Below are positions 1-12,776 of a stretch of DNA of 64,000 nucleotides, in pieces. The position numbers were made by a program, and so were the translations under genes. Each line of letters begins with the position of its first letter. The first letter of the stretch is position 1. The notes below the pieces were generated by a model. The model was not told the DNA's origin and searched no databases. It was given only the letters and a program-made list of their open reading frames with translations. The stretch comes from Azolla caroliniana (Eukaryota > Plantae > Polypodiophyta), in assembly GCA_043228905.1 (NCBI GenBank), contig JBHGNT010000013.1, positions 7,068,001 through 7,132,000 on the forward strand, in the 5' to 3' direction.

Positions 1-173
1 CAGACTGATAGAAGTACCGATTCGTACTTCAATGCTCATTAATGAGCCCCTACACTAACTTCCAAAATATATTCCTCCACGGAATATCTATCCAACGGCC
101 TCCCGGGTTACGCACTGATACGGCCTAGTTGCGCACCCAGTCTACGCACCCAATGTTGAGCTTGATCTCAACA
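1..173 (-). repeat. Partial 3' LTR of Copia A
   Basis: Aligns to 5470-5643, ends ...TCTCAACA and abuts purine tract (CTTGAGAGGGAG on - strand). Confidence 0.88.
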
Positions 174-368
174 CTCCCTCTCAAGCTCAACTTGAGGTTC
201 CGCCTTCTCTTCCGGTTCTTCGCTCCGGCTTCTCTTGGCTTCACGCCTCAGTCATGCTCCTCGACCCGTTCGATTCTGCGTCCCTCGACTCTTTCGGTCA
301 GCTTGACTGCTCATGTGGCCTTTCCCAGCTCCCTTGTTGTCATGGTGTTGGCGCCACTTTCGGTGCCC

Positions 369-3300
369 TTACTTCCACTTGGCCTTTAGTTGATTCGGCG
401 TCTCCAAATCGAATTTTCGAACAGAATCGGTTGTCTCCGATTCATCTCCGGTCTTCAAGCCCCTGACCACATCTGACCATGTCTTGGTCTTGGCCTTCTT
501 GGACTTCTTGGATCCATCTCCCCCTTGTTTGGCTAAGTCCGGCTCTTCCCTTCGATTGTTGCCCCTGTTTCCGCCTTCGGTTTCTTCAACCAATCGGAAA
601 TTGAATTCGTCACCTGACTCGGCTTCGCAATCACTTCAGCTCCTTTCCTGCCTCCATTCCTGGTCTTTTCTCCCCCTCGAGTTCGGCACACCGAGGTGCC
701 GCAAACCAAGGGGCTTGGTGAAGATGTTGGCAGTCTGCCGATCCGTCGAAACATATACTAGTTTGACTTCACCGGAGAGGACACGCTCGCGGACAAAATG
801 TAGTGCACCTCAATGTGCTTGGTTCGGGCGTTGAAGACGAGGTTCTTCGCAAGTTGGATGTTGCTGAGGTTGTCACAATAGATCGTCGTCAGATCGGACA
901 CCTCCACTTGCAAATCCCGTAATAGCCTTTTTAGCCAAATGAGTTCGCACGTAGCGACAACCGCCCCTCGATACTCGGCCTTCGTGCTCGACAGTGCCAC
1001 TATCGACTGCTTTTTACTGCTACACGCGATCGCAACACTTCCCAATGAGAAGACATATCCAGATGTTGATCTGCGATCACCAGCATTTCCGGCCCAATCG
1101 ACATCCGTGTAACCGACTAACTGCTCAACTACTCATGCCTGATATAGCAACGCCATGTCCTTAGTGCCGTTGACATACCGCAATATCCTTTGCGTGCACT
1201 GGAGATGTTCGGTCTTTGGTTGCAACATGAATTGGCTGATCAGACCAACCGGGTAACTAAGGTTCGACCAAGTGATCGTCAAATAGATGAGGCTTCCGAC
1301 AATCTGTCGAAACCGTGTCGGGTCACACGCCTTTCCCGAATCTCGATGAAGCTTGATGTTTCTGTCTAGAGGGGTCGAGATGGACTTACAATCTGCCATC
1401 CCGAACTTGAAGATCATATTCAACATGTAATGACATTGGCTGACCAATATGCCTTCGAGAGTGTAGATCACTTCGATCCCTAGGAAGTAATGAAGGTCCC
1501 CTAGGTCCTTCTTGTCAAATGATGCCGTGAGCTGGGACTTTACGCGGCTGATTTCATCTAGGTCGGCGTCGGTAATGACTAAATCATCAACATAAAGTAA
1601 GATACTAACCGGTCCATGTCGACCTTGCCGGACAAACAATGAAGAGTCCAATTTGGACGTCGCAAACCGCATCCGACACAGGTGTTATGTGATCTCCGCG
1701 TTCCAAGCGCGCAGGGCATGCTTTAGTCCGTAGAGGGACTTCTTCAATCGGCATAGCACCAAATTGTTCTTTCTAGAGTGAAATCCTGGGGGTTGTACCA
1801 TTTACACATGTTCCTCAAGTTTCCCTTGCACAAACGCATTCTTTACATCCATCTGATATAAATGCCACCCCTTCGCTGCTGCTACAGCCAGTAGTACATG
1901 GACAATTGTCATCTTCGGGATAGGCACGAAGTTCTCGTCATAATCAATGCCCTGCTTCTGCGCATAGCCCTTTGCCACTAATTGGGCCTTGTAGCTGTTG
2001 ACAGACCTGTCGATGTTGTACTTGACCTTGTACACCCACCTACATCCAATCGGCTTTACACCCTTCATGGCATCAACCAGGTCCCAAGTTTCATTTTCCG
2101 CTAATGTGTGGATCTCTTCCTCCATTTCGGCATGCCAATTTGCATCCTTTGCCCTTCTGCATAGCTCTCCAGCTCACGCACTTCCGCCACTCGCGTCATG
2201 GTAATGATGCGCCATGTACTTGTTGTATTCGAACCGTATCACGGGGTTCTTCTGGGGGGGTAGATTGGCATAATTGCTCATTAGCTGATTTTGAGGCCCT
2301 CTTGGCTGACGCGAACTTCGTTTTCGAAGGTCCGTCTTCGTTTTTCCCGTAGTCGGATTCACTTTGATCCGACTCGTCTTTATCAGTACCATACTCCGGT
2401 GTCTTCTTCTTTCCCTTCTCTTTGCGTGTAAGCCATCTCCTCGACTTCTGGCGTGGGTATTGCACGGCCGAGTTCGAACCGTATCACGGGGTTCTTCTGG
2501 GGGGTAGATCAGCGTAATTGCTCATTAGCTGATTTTGAGGCCCTCTTGATCGACGAGAACTTCGTTTTCGAAGGTCCGTCTTCATTTTTCCCGTAGTCGG
2601 ATTCACTTTGATCCGACTCGTCTTTATCAGTGCCATACTCCGGTGTCTTCTTCTTTCCCTTCTCTTTGCGCGTAAGCCGTCTCCTCGACTTCTGGCGTGG
2701 GTATTGCACGACCGAGTTTCCACTACTTGCCGGCTCATTGTCGGACTAGTCATTCTGACTCAGTCTCTCATTCGGCCCGCTTAGCCTGAATGAAATCAGA
2801 CTTTCTTCAAGAGCTCTGATTACTTCTTCGTCCAGAGGCATTTTGTCCTCACTGACCTCATCCTCAGAATTCAAAATGGAGTGCATGGGGTAGGTGGTGA
2901 AGGCAAGTACCACGAAGCTGACTCGTCGAACACGACATCTCAGCTCACTCGGGCTACTTTCATTTGGGGGTTATAACATTTATACCCTTTTTGCTCATCC
3001 GAGTAGCCGACCAGGATAGACTTTTCGGCTTTCGCATCTAACTTCCTTCGTTTCTCCTTCGACACGTGTACATACACTATATTGCGGAGTTCAGCTTCTT
3101 CTTGAAGTATATGACTCATGTGGCGACACTTCTCCATTTGTAGAAGTCCGATTCTGCAGGTAAATTGCCGTCTTCACGGCTTCGGCCCAATAAAATTTTG
3201 GCATATGCTTCTCTTCGAGCATTGCCCTGGCCACTTCTTCGATCGTCTGATTCTTCCATTCAGCCACGTCGTTCTGTTGTGGCATGTATCTACAGGAGAA

Positions 3301-5153
3301 TTCACGCCGAATTCATTCCTTTTGCAAATAACTCAAGAACTGGTGGGAGAAGTACTCCTTTCCGCCATCAGTCTAGAGACATTTGATTTTACGGCATGTC
3401 TCCCATTCGGCAAGGCTCTTCACCTTCAAGAAATAGGAGAAGACTTCGCTTTTCTTCTCTATCGTGCAGGCCCAGGTATACCGAGTGAAGTCGTCGATGA
3501 AAGTCACGAAATGTTGGCTCCCACCAATACTCACGTTCTGTGTTGGTCCCCATACATCCGAATGGATTAAATCGAGCTTGTTTTGGCTCTGATTTCTTTC
3601 ATTTGGGAACAGAATTTGGTGATGTTTCCCCAATTGGTAGGCTTCGTAGACTTGGCCCTTCCGGCCACTTAATTTTGGCAAGCCGAAAACGATGTTTTTC
3701 GTTTGCATCTCTCGAAGCCGTGGGAAGTTGACAAGGCCGAATCGCTTGTGCCATATGTCGATATCCGATTTGACCTTTTGCCCTTTCGCAAACAAAGCGG
3801 TGCGTACGTCATTGGTCTCGAGGATGAACATCCTCCCTTCTCGGCGCCCTTGCGTGATTATCTTGTCTTCCTCTTCTATGAAGCACCCGAGATGAGTAAA
3901 TCGAACTTGGATGCCTTGGTCGACTATCTGTCCGACCGACACCAAAGTTTTGGTGATTGTCAGCACATGCAAGACATTTCTCATGATTACCTTCTGGCCG
4001 ACATGGCTGAGAGGGATATTTCCAATGTGTTCAATGGGGTGAGGGGTGTCATCGCCAGTTTCGACAACCCCCGGTTGCTCCGGTTTTTCCAAAGTCGAGA
4101 ACCACTTCTGGTGATTCATCATGTGATTTGATGCTCCCAAATCCACATACCATACCTCATTCAACCTTGAGGTATTCACTGCCATCGAGTTGGCTTTGTG
4201 CTTCATGACGAAGGCGGAGCCCATGTCGGCTCGTCATGAGCCTTCTGCATAGTGCAATCTCTTACACCTATTTGCGTCTCCTCTGCTCGATTTGGCCTTG
4301 TCTGAATCGACTTGTTTCTTCCTACACTCGCTCTCTCTGTGGTCCTTCTTGCCACAATACTAGCAGTCAGGTGCGACTTTCCCTTGCCGGTTCCTGGCGC
4401 TACCTTGGCTCCCTCTATTTGCAGAGGGTCCGGAACTACTGCCGGTATTTCAATTATGTCGTAAATTCTGCTCTTGTCGGCCACCTCCATTGCGTGTCGA
4501 CCCACCTCATCCACCACGACCATGGGGCCTCTCTGCCTTCGTATACAACATTTTGTTGTCGGTGTGCGTACTCATCGACGCACCCGCGTGGTTTTCTTCT
4601 ACAAGCAACATCAATTGAAGCTCGAAAAACGACGACGTATTCTCCCTCGTGCAGACCGTCATTCGGAATGCTTCGAACTTAGATGCTAACCCTCCAAGGC
4701 AAACATGCACCATTTCATCCTCTTCAACGTTCACATTGACGGAGGCGAGAGAGTCGCAAATTTCCTTGATTCAGGCTATATAATCGATCACAAACAGATC
4801 TTTTGGCCAGACGTTGCTTAGCTCCTGCCTGAGCTACAACTTCTTGGCCGTTGTGCTGGCGATGAAAATCCTTTTGAGATTCACCCACGCGTCCTTTGGC
4901 ATCTTGGCATCCTTAATATAGCTCAAGAGTTGGTCGCTCACATAGGACGCAAAACAGTAGAGAACTCTGCTTGCCACCTGTTCCCAGGTTGGGAAGTCTC
5001 TGTGTGTCAATTCGGGTGTTGCATCATTAGCTCCTTCGACATAACTTCAGTAGCCATGGCCAAGCAAGTATTGGTGCATCTTGAATGACCAAGATGTGTA
5101 GTTGCTCCTATCCAGCTTTTCAGTCGGAAGCGAGCTTCCCATTCCCCTGTCCA
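369..5153 (-). pseudogene. Disrupted Copia gag-pol of element A
   Basis: ORF fragments 4507-4734 (gag), 3373-4224 (PR/INT), 1802-2125 and 1133-1672 (RT), 758-1045 (RNase H); multiple stops and frameshifts. Confidence 0.9.
2228..2717. repeat. 245-bp tandem duplication in the INT-RT linker of Copia A
   Basis: TTCGAACCGTATCACGGGG starts at 2228 and 2473; ORFs 2196-2465 and 2509-2709 are near-identical. Confidence 0.9.
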
Positions 5154-5258
5154 TATTTCTGTCGTATCTTTTCCGAAAATGAGAAAACTTGACATTGTCT
5201 TGACTACTTGCTTTTCTGTCGGCTGTAGAGGAGTCTCAACCCTCGCGCTTCGATACCA

Positions 5259-5643
5259 CATAAAAGAATACGATGTGCAGAAGTGTGCATAAAAGACATA
5301 GAGTATACAGTTGATGTTCGGAAACACAATAGTTCGGTAAATGCAAAGAACACAGAGAATGAGAGAGAGGGAGAGAGAGAGAGAGAGAGCAAACACAAAA
5401 TTCTATTACAAAGAAATAATGCTCTGTAAATAGGATGTGCTCAGAGAGCACTTTTATACAAGTCCATACAGATTGACAGAGTACTGACTCGTACTTCAAT
5501 GCTCATCAATGTGCCCCTACACTAACTCCCGAAATATATTCCTCCGCGGAATATCTATCCAACGGCCTCCCGATTTACGCACCGATACGGCCTTTAGTTG
5601 CGCAACCGATTTACGCACCCAAAGTTGAGCTTGTATCTCAACA
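5259..5643 (-). repeat. 5' LTR of Copia A
   Basis: Begins TGTTGAGA on - strand, contains (GA)n tract, adjacent to PBS. Confidence 0.88.
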
Positions 5644-5828
5644 TTTTTTTTAGGCTGTCGTAATTCTTGATATATTCTTCCAAATCAAATATTGACCGTC
5701 ATTCTTTTGATGTGCTCATTCCCATCACATGAGTAGAATCTGAGTTAGCCAAACTTGTTTGTGATTGATTGATCGGCTTGTGCATTCTTTGCCTATCATA
5801 TTGTTGAGAATGGTACACCAACCAAGGT

Positions 5829-6221
5829 TGTAAAGAATCAAGAGATGGATTCTGTGCAGCGGAATCGATATGAACTGTATGCGTGTATGAGAGAGAGAGT
5901 GAGTGAGAGAGAGAGACAAGGAGTAAGCCATAGAGAATACGCAAGGTAAAGTATATTAACAAAGGAGAAAGACTCAACATTGTACAAGGTGGGAGGAGGG
6001 TGCTTTATATAGTCACCCTCTCTCTTCATTAACTACAAGACTCATGGAGCATGGGGAATGTGAAAGCTCATAAGTTATGTGTCATAGAATATGATTCTAT
6101 GACTCATACTAAATGCTAAAATACAAAGTGGTGACATAATGGTGACTCTTGACCGTTGGAGTGTCTATTCACTCTCAAGGTGAGTTCACACACTAGACCA
6201 AGTTCAGCTTGATTCTCAACA
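5829..6221 (-). repeat. 3' LTR of Copia B
   Basis: Direct repeat of 11509-11937. Confidence 0.93.
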
Positions 6222-8220
6222 CGCCCCCTCAAGCTCAAGTCGGGTCGGTTTCAAACGATATCCGAAATCCGCTTCTACTCACATTCCGGAGTCCGCGTCG
6301 ACTCGCATTTATGCGGAGTTGCGGAATCCGTACTCCAGCTTGCGTTGTGCATAGTTGTGAAGTCTGTGCTTCGGCTTGCATGTTTCTTTGCGGCTTTGCG
6401 CGGTACATCAGCTCTTCGTGGGTTCGTTGCGCGGTTGCGGAATCCACGCGTTATTGCGTAGTGTCTTCTCTTCGCGGCTTTGTTGCGTGGTTGCGAAATC
6501 CATGCGTTATTGCGTAGTATCTTCAGTAGTCCCCCTCAAGCTTGGCAGGTCAGGGATCGTCTACCCGAGATCGTTCATGAATTGCCATAGCTTGTCGGCT
6601 CCTAAGGCCTTAGTGAAGATGTCGGCCGTTTGAAGATTTGTGCTAATGTGTTGTAGGTTGACATCGCCAGCTAGAACGCGCTCTCGGATGAAGTGATAGT
6701 GCACTTCGATGTGCTTTGTCCACGCGTGGAACACCAAGTTCCGAGCCAGATAAATACTGCTCATGTTGTCGCAGTAAAGGGAAGCTGGATTCTTAATGGG
6801 TATGCCCAGATCCTTGAGTATCCTTTTGGCCATACGGCTTCACGTGCGGCCATTGCCGTGCTCCTGTATTCCGCCTCTATACTCAAAAGAGCAATGGTTG
6901 GTTGTTTTTTGCTGCTCCAGGATATTGCTCCGCTGCCAAGGGAGGAAACAAATACGGAGGTTGATCTTCTATAGGGTTTGTAGCCACCCCAATCGGCGTC
7001 TGTGTACCCCTCGAGTCATATTGGCATCGTGGTCTTGTAGAGGATGCCACAATCCATTGTGCCGCTCACATATCGTAGAACTCGCTTAGCGCAACACAAG
7101 TGAGTATCACACGGTGTTTGCATCAATTGGCTAAGGAGACTGACCGGATAACTGAGATCGGGTCGTGTGATCGTGAGGTAGATGAGACTCCCGATGAGTT
7201 GCCGATACTGAGTCAGCTCACATGCTTTGGTGCCGGAGTTCTCATCGAGTTTGAGATTGCGATAGAGCAGGGTGGCCGCGGATTTGCACTCAACCATCCT
7301 GAACATGTATAATAAGTTGAGGATGTAGTGCCGTTGAGAGATCAAGATTCCGGCCGGAGTCCGAATGACCTCGATGTCGAAGAAGTAGTGAAGCTCCTTC
7401 ATGTCCGTCATCTCGAACTTGTCGGAAAGGAGGGATTTGACCTTACTGATTTCGACGAGATGCTCACCTCTAATGACTAGGTTATCCACTTATAAGATGA
7501 TGATGCTCGGACTTGCGGAATCGCTTCGTATGTAGAGGGAGTTGTCCGATTTGGACATACGGAAGCCGATTTGATGAAGATATTGCGTTATCCTTCGCGA
7601 ATCCTTGGATGCTTCGGAAAATGTTTCCGGATCGCGTACTGTCACACCTTCATCATAAAGGCATCGTGACATCCCATGTAGTCGTTGTAGCCGAATCGGT
7701 TGACCGGATTCTTTTTACGGGTGGAGCGACGAAGCTTTTCATTTGCAAAGATGAGGGCTTTCTTAGCTCCGATTGGTACATTGAAGCCGCCCAACTCATT
7801 GTCAAGTGAGTGATTCGACTCATTGTCGTCGAAGCGATCGTCTTCGTATTCCGCCATTTTCGCCTTGCGTTTCTCCATCTTCGGGCTAGGCCGTGATGTG
7901 CTTTGATCGCTCAAAGGCTCTTGAGGTGCGCTCAGTCGGTTCGTAATGGAACTTTCTTCGAACGTGCGCGTAAGGTGATCTTCATCCCCTATCTCTTGTT
8001 CGGCAGATTCCGGGTCGAGCGGAATCGGAGTCGAAGTTGTCTTTGGTGCGTACCAGGATGCGAACTCATCAAAAACAACGTCTCGACTTACTCGAGATTT
8101 TCGAGTTGAGGGGTTGTAGCACTTGTACCCCTCTTGCTCCAGTGAGTATCCTAGGAGGATACATTTCTCCGACTTCGGGTCAAGCTTTTAACGCTTCTCG
8201 TCAAGGATGTGCATGTACGC

Positions 8221-9221
8221 TGTCGTGAAGATTTTCGGCAATAGTGTGAAAATTCCATAAAACGTACAAAATCGAGTATGAATCATATAATACAATAATT
8301 TAATATCTAAGTACAAAATGATGGAGGTTTCGAATGCACTTTATTACACGAGAAACGAACAACTAAATGTCAAGATATTAGGGTATTAAGTTTGTGAAAG
8401 GAAAAGAGAAAATTGTGAGATATCCCACATAGGCATGGCAAATACGGCTCTCATCATATATAAGGTAGAGCAAAAGATATTATCTGTGTGTCTATGTGTG
8501 GAGCTTAGAGAGTTCAAGGTAACTTAAACTAAGAGTGGAGGTGGGCTAGCTACTCGTAAAGGGTTTTGGCCAACCAAAACCGGACCGGCGATGGAGTCGG
8601 TGATCCGGCGGCACCGGTATCCGGCGCCGGTGAGACGACGACATCCGACTAGATAAATAAATATATATACATATGTACATATACAAGGAGGGCAAGTAAG
8701 GATTCGAACCTTGCACCTTCAAGTTAAGAGTCAATTGGCTTACCATTAAGCCATGCTATTTAGTTGAAATTATATTTCTATCATGTACTTTTACATGTAA
8801 ATTCTCATACATGAGAGCTAAAATGAGTGACATGGTTATCATGCACCACATGTAATACATAAGCGCCAAATGGCAAACATGCAATTTATGCATGTCTTGT
8901 ACCCTCACATGCATCATATGCATGAGAGCATCTATAAAAGAAGGAAGGGGGAGGAGAAAAAACACGGTTTTTTTTGTTATGAAATTAAGAAGAAGAAATT
9001 CGTTATCAAATTGATCGTGTAACTTGTTTCTTAAATCTAAAGTTAAAAGTTCAATCAATCTCTCTCAATCATTTAATCTCAACTTCTCTCTTTCCCAATC
9101 TATCTTAAGTACTTTCTCGCTAAAGCTTACGCCAAAGCTTGTACTGACTTTGAATCCTTCCGGTCCAGAACCCCGATAGTTCTGCCTCACGATCCACGCG
9201 TAGTGACGGATCTTCACGACA
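8221..9221 (+). mobile_element. Solo LTR (1001 bp, probably Gypsy-type) inserted in Copia B integrase region
   Basis: 12-bp terminal inverted repeat TGTCGTGAAGAT...ATCTTCACGACA; 4-bp TSD ACGC (8217-8220/9222-9225); Copia reading frame resumes on both sides; TATA-like CTATAAAAG ~8932 suggests + orientation. Confidence 0.88.
8690..8761 (-). ncRNA. tRNA-derived (Lys-CTT-like) pseudo-tRNA / Pol III A+B box cassette inside solo LTR
   Basis: - strand: A box TGGCTTAATGGTAAGC with D-stem GCTT/AAGC; loop CTCTTAA; T arm CAAGG-TTCGAAT-CCTTA with consensus B box; acceptor and anticodon stems do not pair, so it is not a functional tRNA. Confidence 0.7.
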
Positions 9222-11508
9222 ACGCTATGGCGTCAAATATCCAGGTATGCGATAAGTCCGGCTTCTTTTCGAAGTATTTTTCGTGCGGAGTGACTCGTGC
9301 ACTCCGGATGTTGTGCACCGGTTCATTAGGTAGACAGCCGTATTTGCAGCTTCGGCCCAATATGACTTGGGCATATGGTTCTCGTTCATCGTGGCCCGCG
9401 CTACTTCGAGGATGTGCCGATTTTTGCACTCGGCTACTCCGGTTGGTTGAGGAGTGTGTCGGCAAGTGAATTCTCGCCGAAGTCCTTCCTTTCGGAGATA
9501 CGCCGTGAAATCGAAATCGTCCAAGAAGTACTCCTTGCTGCCATCCGATCAAAGGCATCGTACATGACGGCCCGTGGCTTTCTCAACTTCATTCTTGAAT
9601 TTTTGGAAGTGTTCGAACACTTCGCTCTTTTGCCGCATCGGATAGATCCAAGTGTCCCTAGAGAAGTTGTTGATGAAGAGCACGTAATATTGGCTTTCGC
9701 CGAATGTAGCCGTCTACGCCGGTCCCCATACGTCGGAATGGACTACGTCGAGTAGACCTTTGCTCACGTTCCGCTCTTTCGGGAATGGGTGTCGGTGTTG
9801 CTTGCCGAATTGGCACGCTTCGCATACACCTTCAATCTCCTTCTCTTTCAATGTCGGGAGTCCGATGAAGACTCCTTTCGATTTCATTGCTTTAAGTTTG
9901 TTGAGATTGATGTGGCCGATTCGCTTATGCCATAGCTCTATGTCTGAGTCGGCTTTCGTGCTTTTTGCGAACATGGCGGATTTCATCTCGTGTGAATCGA
10001 GAATGAACATTCGGCCCTCTCTTCTTCCGCGCGCGATGATTCGGCCCCCTTTTTCGATGAAGCACCCTTCTTGGTCGAATCGTACTTGCATCCCTTGCTC
10101 AACCATTTGGCCGACCAAAACCAAATTCTTCGTGATGGTGGGAACATGCAAGACATTTTTAATGTATATTTGCTTACCTCTTTCGTCAAATGGAACATCT
10201 CCGGTTTTGACATAAGCGTGTTGCTCTGGCTCTCGAAGTTCGAGAAACCATTCTTTATGAGATGTCATATGGTTTGAGGCTCTGGAGTCAACAAACCATA
10301 TGTCCTCCGGATTGAGGGCACTAGCTAAGGTAGAGGCCGACATAGAGTTTTCTCTATGTTTCATCATGAACATTCCGCCACGGTCGGAGTTGTGTGCATA
10401 CATTCCGCCACGATATTCGTAGTCGGAGTTGTGCCCGTACATTCCGCTATACTCTTCGTAGTCTAAATTGTGCGCGTAATTCGTGAATTGTCGGGTTGTG
10501 GAAGCCGATTCACGCATCTTCTTTCAGCACTCTTCTTCGTGGTGGCCGAGCTTTCCGCAATATCCACATTCCGTTGCGTTTTGACGGTTCGGGCCGGAGT
10601 GGAAGCTCCCCCTTCTTGCGAAGGTTCCTCGTTGGCCTCCGTTTTGCGTCCGAAATTGGGAGTTGTTGTCGTAGGTCAGACCTCGTCCGCCTTGTCCTTG
10701 GTCGAATCGGCCTCTCGCTCGTCCGCGTCCTCTTCCTCCGTTTGAGTGTGTGTAGAGCATGTGGCCTTCCGACTCGTTGCTCCTTGTACGCACGTGGTTT
10801 TCTTCGACCAATAGCATTGATTGCAGCTCGAAGGAGGGAGATTTCTCCCTTGCTAGCTAGAATGGCGGTTCGCATCGCGCCGAAACGTGGTGCGAGGCTG
10901 CCGAGGCATATTTGCACCATCTCATCATCATTGATATTTACACTTATCGAGCCAAGCGAATCGCAAAGCTCCTTGATCTTTGAGGTGTATGTCATGATGG
11001 ACATGTCCCTTTGTTGAATGTTGTTCAGCTCTTGGCGGAGTTGAAGCCTTCTTACGGTTGTGTTTGCCGCGAAAATCTTTCGTAGATTTTCCCATGCCTC
11101 CTTTGGCGTCTTGGCTTCGCGAATATAGTTGAGCATGTGATTGTGAACACATGTCACCAAGCAATACATCACGCGGCTTGTGGCTTGCTCCCATATCGCG
11201 TATCCAGGAGCCGCTTCGGCGGGTCGGTCTTCGTGGTCTCCTTTGATGTAGCTCCAATAGCCTTGTCCGACCAGGTATTGGTGCATCTTGTATTCCCAAG
11301 ATGCGAAGTTGTTTCCATCCAACTTCTCTATAGGGAGAGCGCTCCCTATTTGAGTATTCATTATGTCGATTCTTCTTCTTCTTCTCTCTTCGAATGCGAG
11401 TTATGTAGCGAAGCTACGATAGCGATGAGCCGGTTCTTCTTGAACGTCGGCATAGAGCTTAACACACATGGATGGGCTAAATGGAGCTACCAAACCGCTC
11501 TGATTCCA

Positions 11509-11937
11509 TGTAAAGAATCAAGAGATGGATTCTGTGCAGTGGAATAGATATGAACTGTGTGGGTGTATGAGAGAGAGAGTGAGAGAGTGAGAGAGTGAGA
11601 GAGTGAGAGAGTGAGAGAGTGAGTGAGAGAGACAAGGAGTAAGACAAAGAGAATACGCAAGCTAAAGTATATTAACAAAGGAGAAAGACTCAACATTGTA
11701 CAAGGTGGGAGAAGGGTGCTTTATATACTCACCCTCTCTCTTCATTAACTACAAGACTCATGGAGCATGGGGAATGTGAAAGCTCATAAGTTATGTGTCA
11801 TAGAATATGATTCTATGACTCATACTAAATGCTAGAATACAAAGTGGTGACATAATGGTCACTCTTGACCGTTGGAGTGTCTATTCACTCTCAAGGTGAG
11901 TTCACACACTACACCAAGTTGAGCTTGAGTCTCAACA
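11509..11937 (-). repeat. 5' LTR of Copia B
   Basis: Direct repeat of 5829-6221 with an expanded GAGAGAGT tract; adjacent to PBS. Confidence 0.93.
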
Positions 11938-11961
11938 AAGGCTGATGTCCCATTGTCACAT

Positions 11962-12649
11962 TGTCACGTTGTTATGTGCATGCGTTGAGAATGAGGTGGG
12001 ACCACCGAGGCCTCGGACCGAGGAATAACCAAATGAGGGGAGGGGAAGGAAACTAACGATGTAATTCACACGCGCACAGACCCACAGAATCACAAGAATT
12101 GCAACTAGCTACAGAACGCGAGATGGAGACAGAACGAATGTTTATGTATATATAAATCAAGGTGTTACAACTGGCAAGCCGGCGAGTGATGGGCTCTTAC
12201 GCCTGCGCACGCACACACACACACACACACACACAGAACGTGAGATGGAGGCTCTGCCGGGAGCACTCAGGCATCCCGCGGAGCAGAGTCAGCCTCCTGA
12301 AACCTGCACAGAACGATTATGGAGATGACAGAGGAGAGGAGAAGCGCTCGGTTCCAGTCCGGCAACACTTCGTCCTCCACAAACGTGATATATCTTTCAA
12401 TACCTCTCCCTCTCTTTTATAGCCCAAGGAGGGAGGCCGTTACCACCCATTACATCATGTTTATTCCCTGTCCTTTCGGACAGGGATACGCCTCGATTTT
12501 CTCCCTACTGAATGTGTGTTACCTAGGATTTCACTTCAGCCGACTTGTACCTATCTACGTACTATACAACAAAACTTGTGCCCACGTGTAAGGGCCGGTT
12601 TACGCACATTATACGCGATTTCCGCCTAGGGACAATTTTCTCCACGACA
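11962..12649 (-). repeat. 3' LTR of Gypsy C (688 bp)
   Basis: Matches 17818-18220 plus a 285-bp segment absent from the 5' LTR. Confidence 0.92.
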
Positions 12650-12776
12650 TCCGCCTCCACCTAACCGCGCATCCACCGGTATGCGTCAAAATTAGACTCT
12701 TGCCGGAGAAGACCGGCCCACGCTCATCCTTCGTCCTCCGTATCGGCATCCGTTCCGAGCCGGTTGTTGTCGCCAT

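Larger units (their letters stand above)
1..5643 (-). mobile_element. Ty1/Copia LTR retrotransposon A (decayed; 3' LTR cut by window edge)
   Basis: 5' LTR 5259-5643; degenerate Met PBS (TGGTATCGAAGC on - strand, ~5247-5258); fragments of gag, protease (WYVDLGASNHM), integrase, RT (LYVDDL) and RNase H (YCDNLS..RTKHIEVHY) in Copia order; PPT at 174-185 followed by partial 3' LTR 1-173 similar to 5470-5643. Confidence 0.93.
6561..11361 (-). pseudogene. Disrupted gag-pol of Copia B
   Basis: Frameshifts; deletion of the RT N-terminus near 7590 (ETFSEASKDSR fused to RITQYLHQIG); interrupted by the solo LTR at 8221-9221. Confidence 0.9.
5829..11937 (-). mobile_element. Full-length decayed Ty1/Copia element B
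   Basis: LTRs 5829-6221 and 11509-11937 (TG...CA, highly similar apart from GA-repeat length); TSD AAGGT/AAGGC; PBS TGGAATCAGAGC (Met, 1 mismatch) 11497-11508; PPT 6222-6233; gag 10510-11361, CCHC knuckle CGYCGKLGHHEEEC, PR, INT, RT and RNase H fragments. Confidence 0.95.

Noticed and set aside
8690-8761. Functional tRNA-Lys gene
   Set aside because: Acceptor and anticodon stems do not pair; kept only as a tRNA-derived cassette
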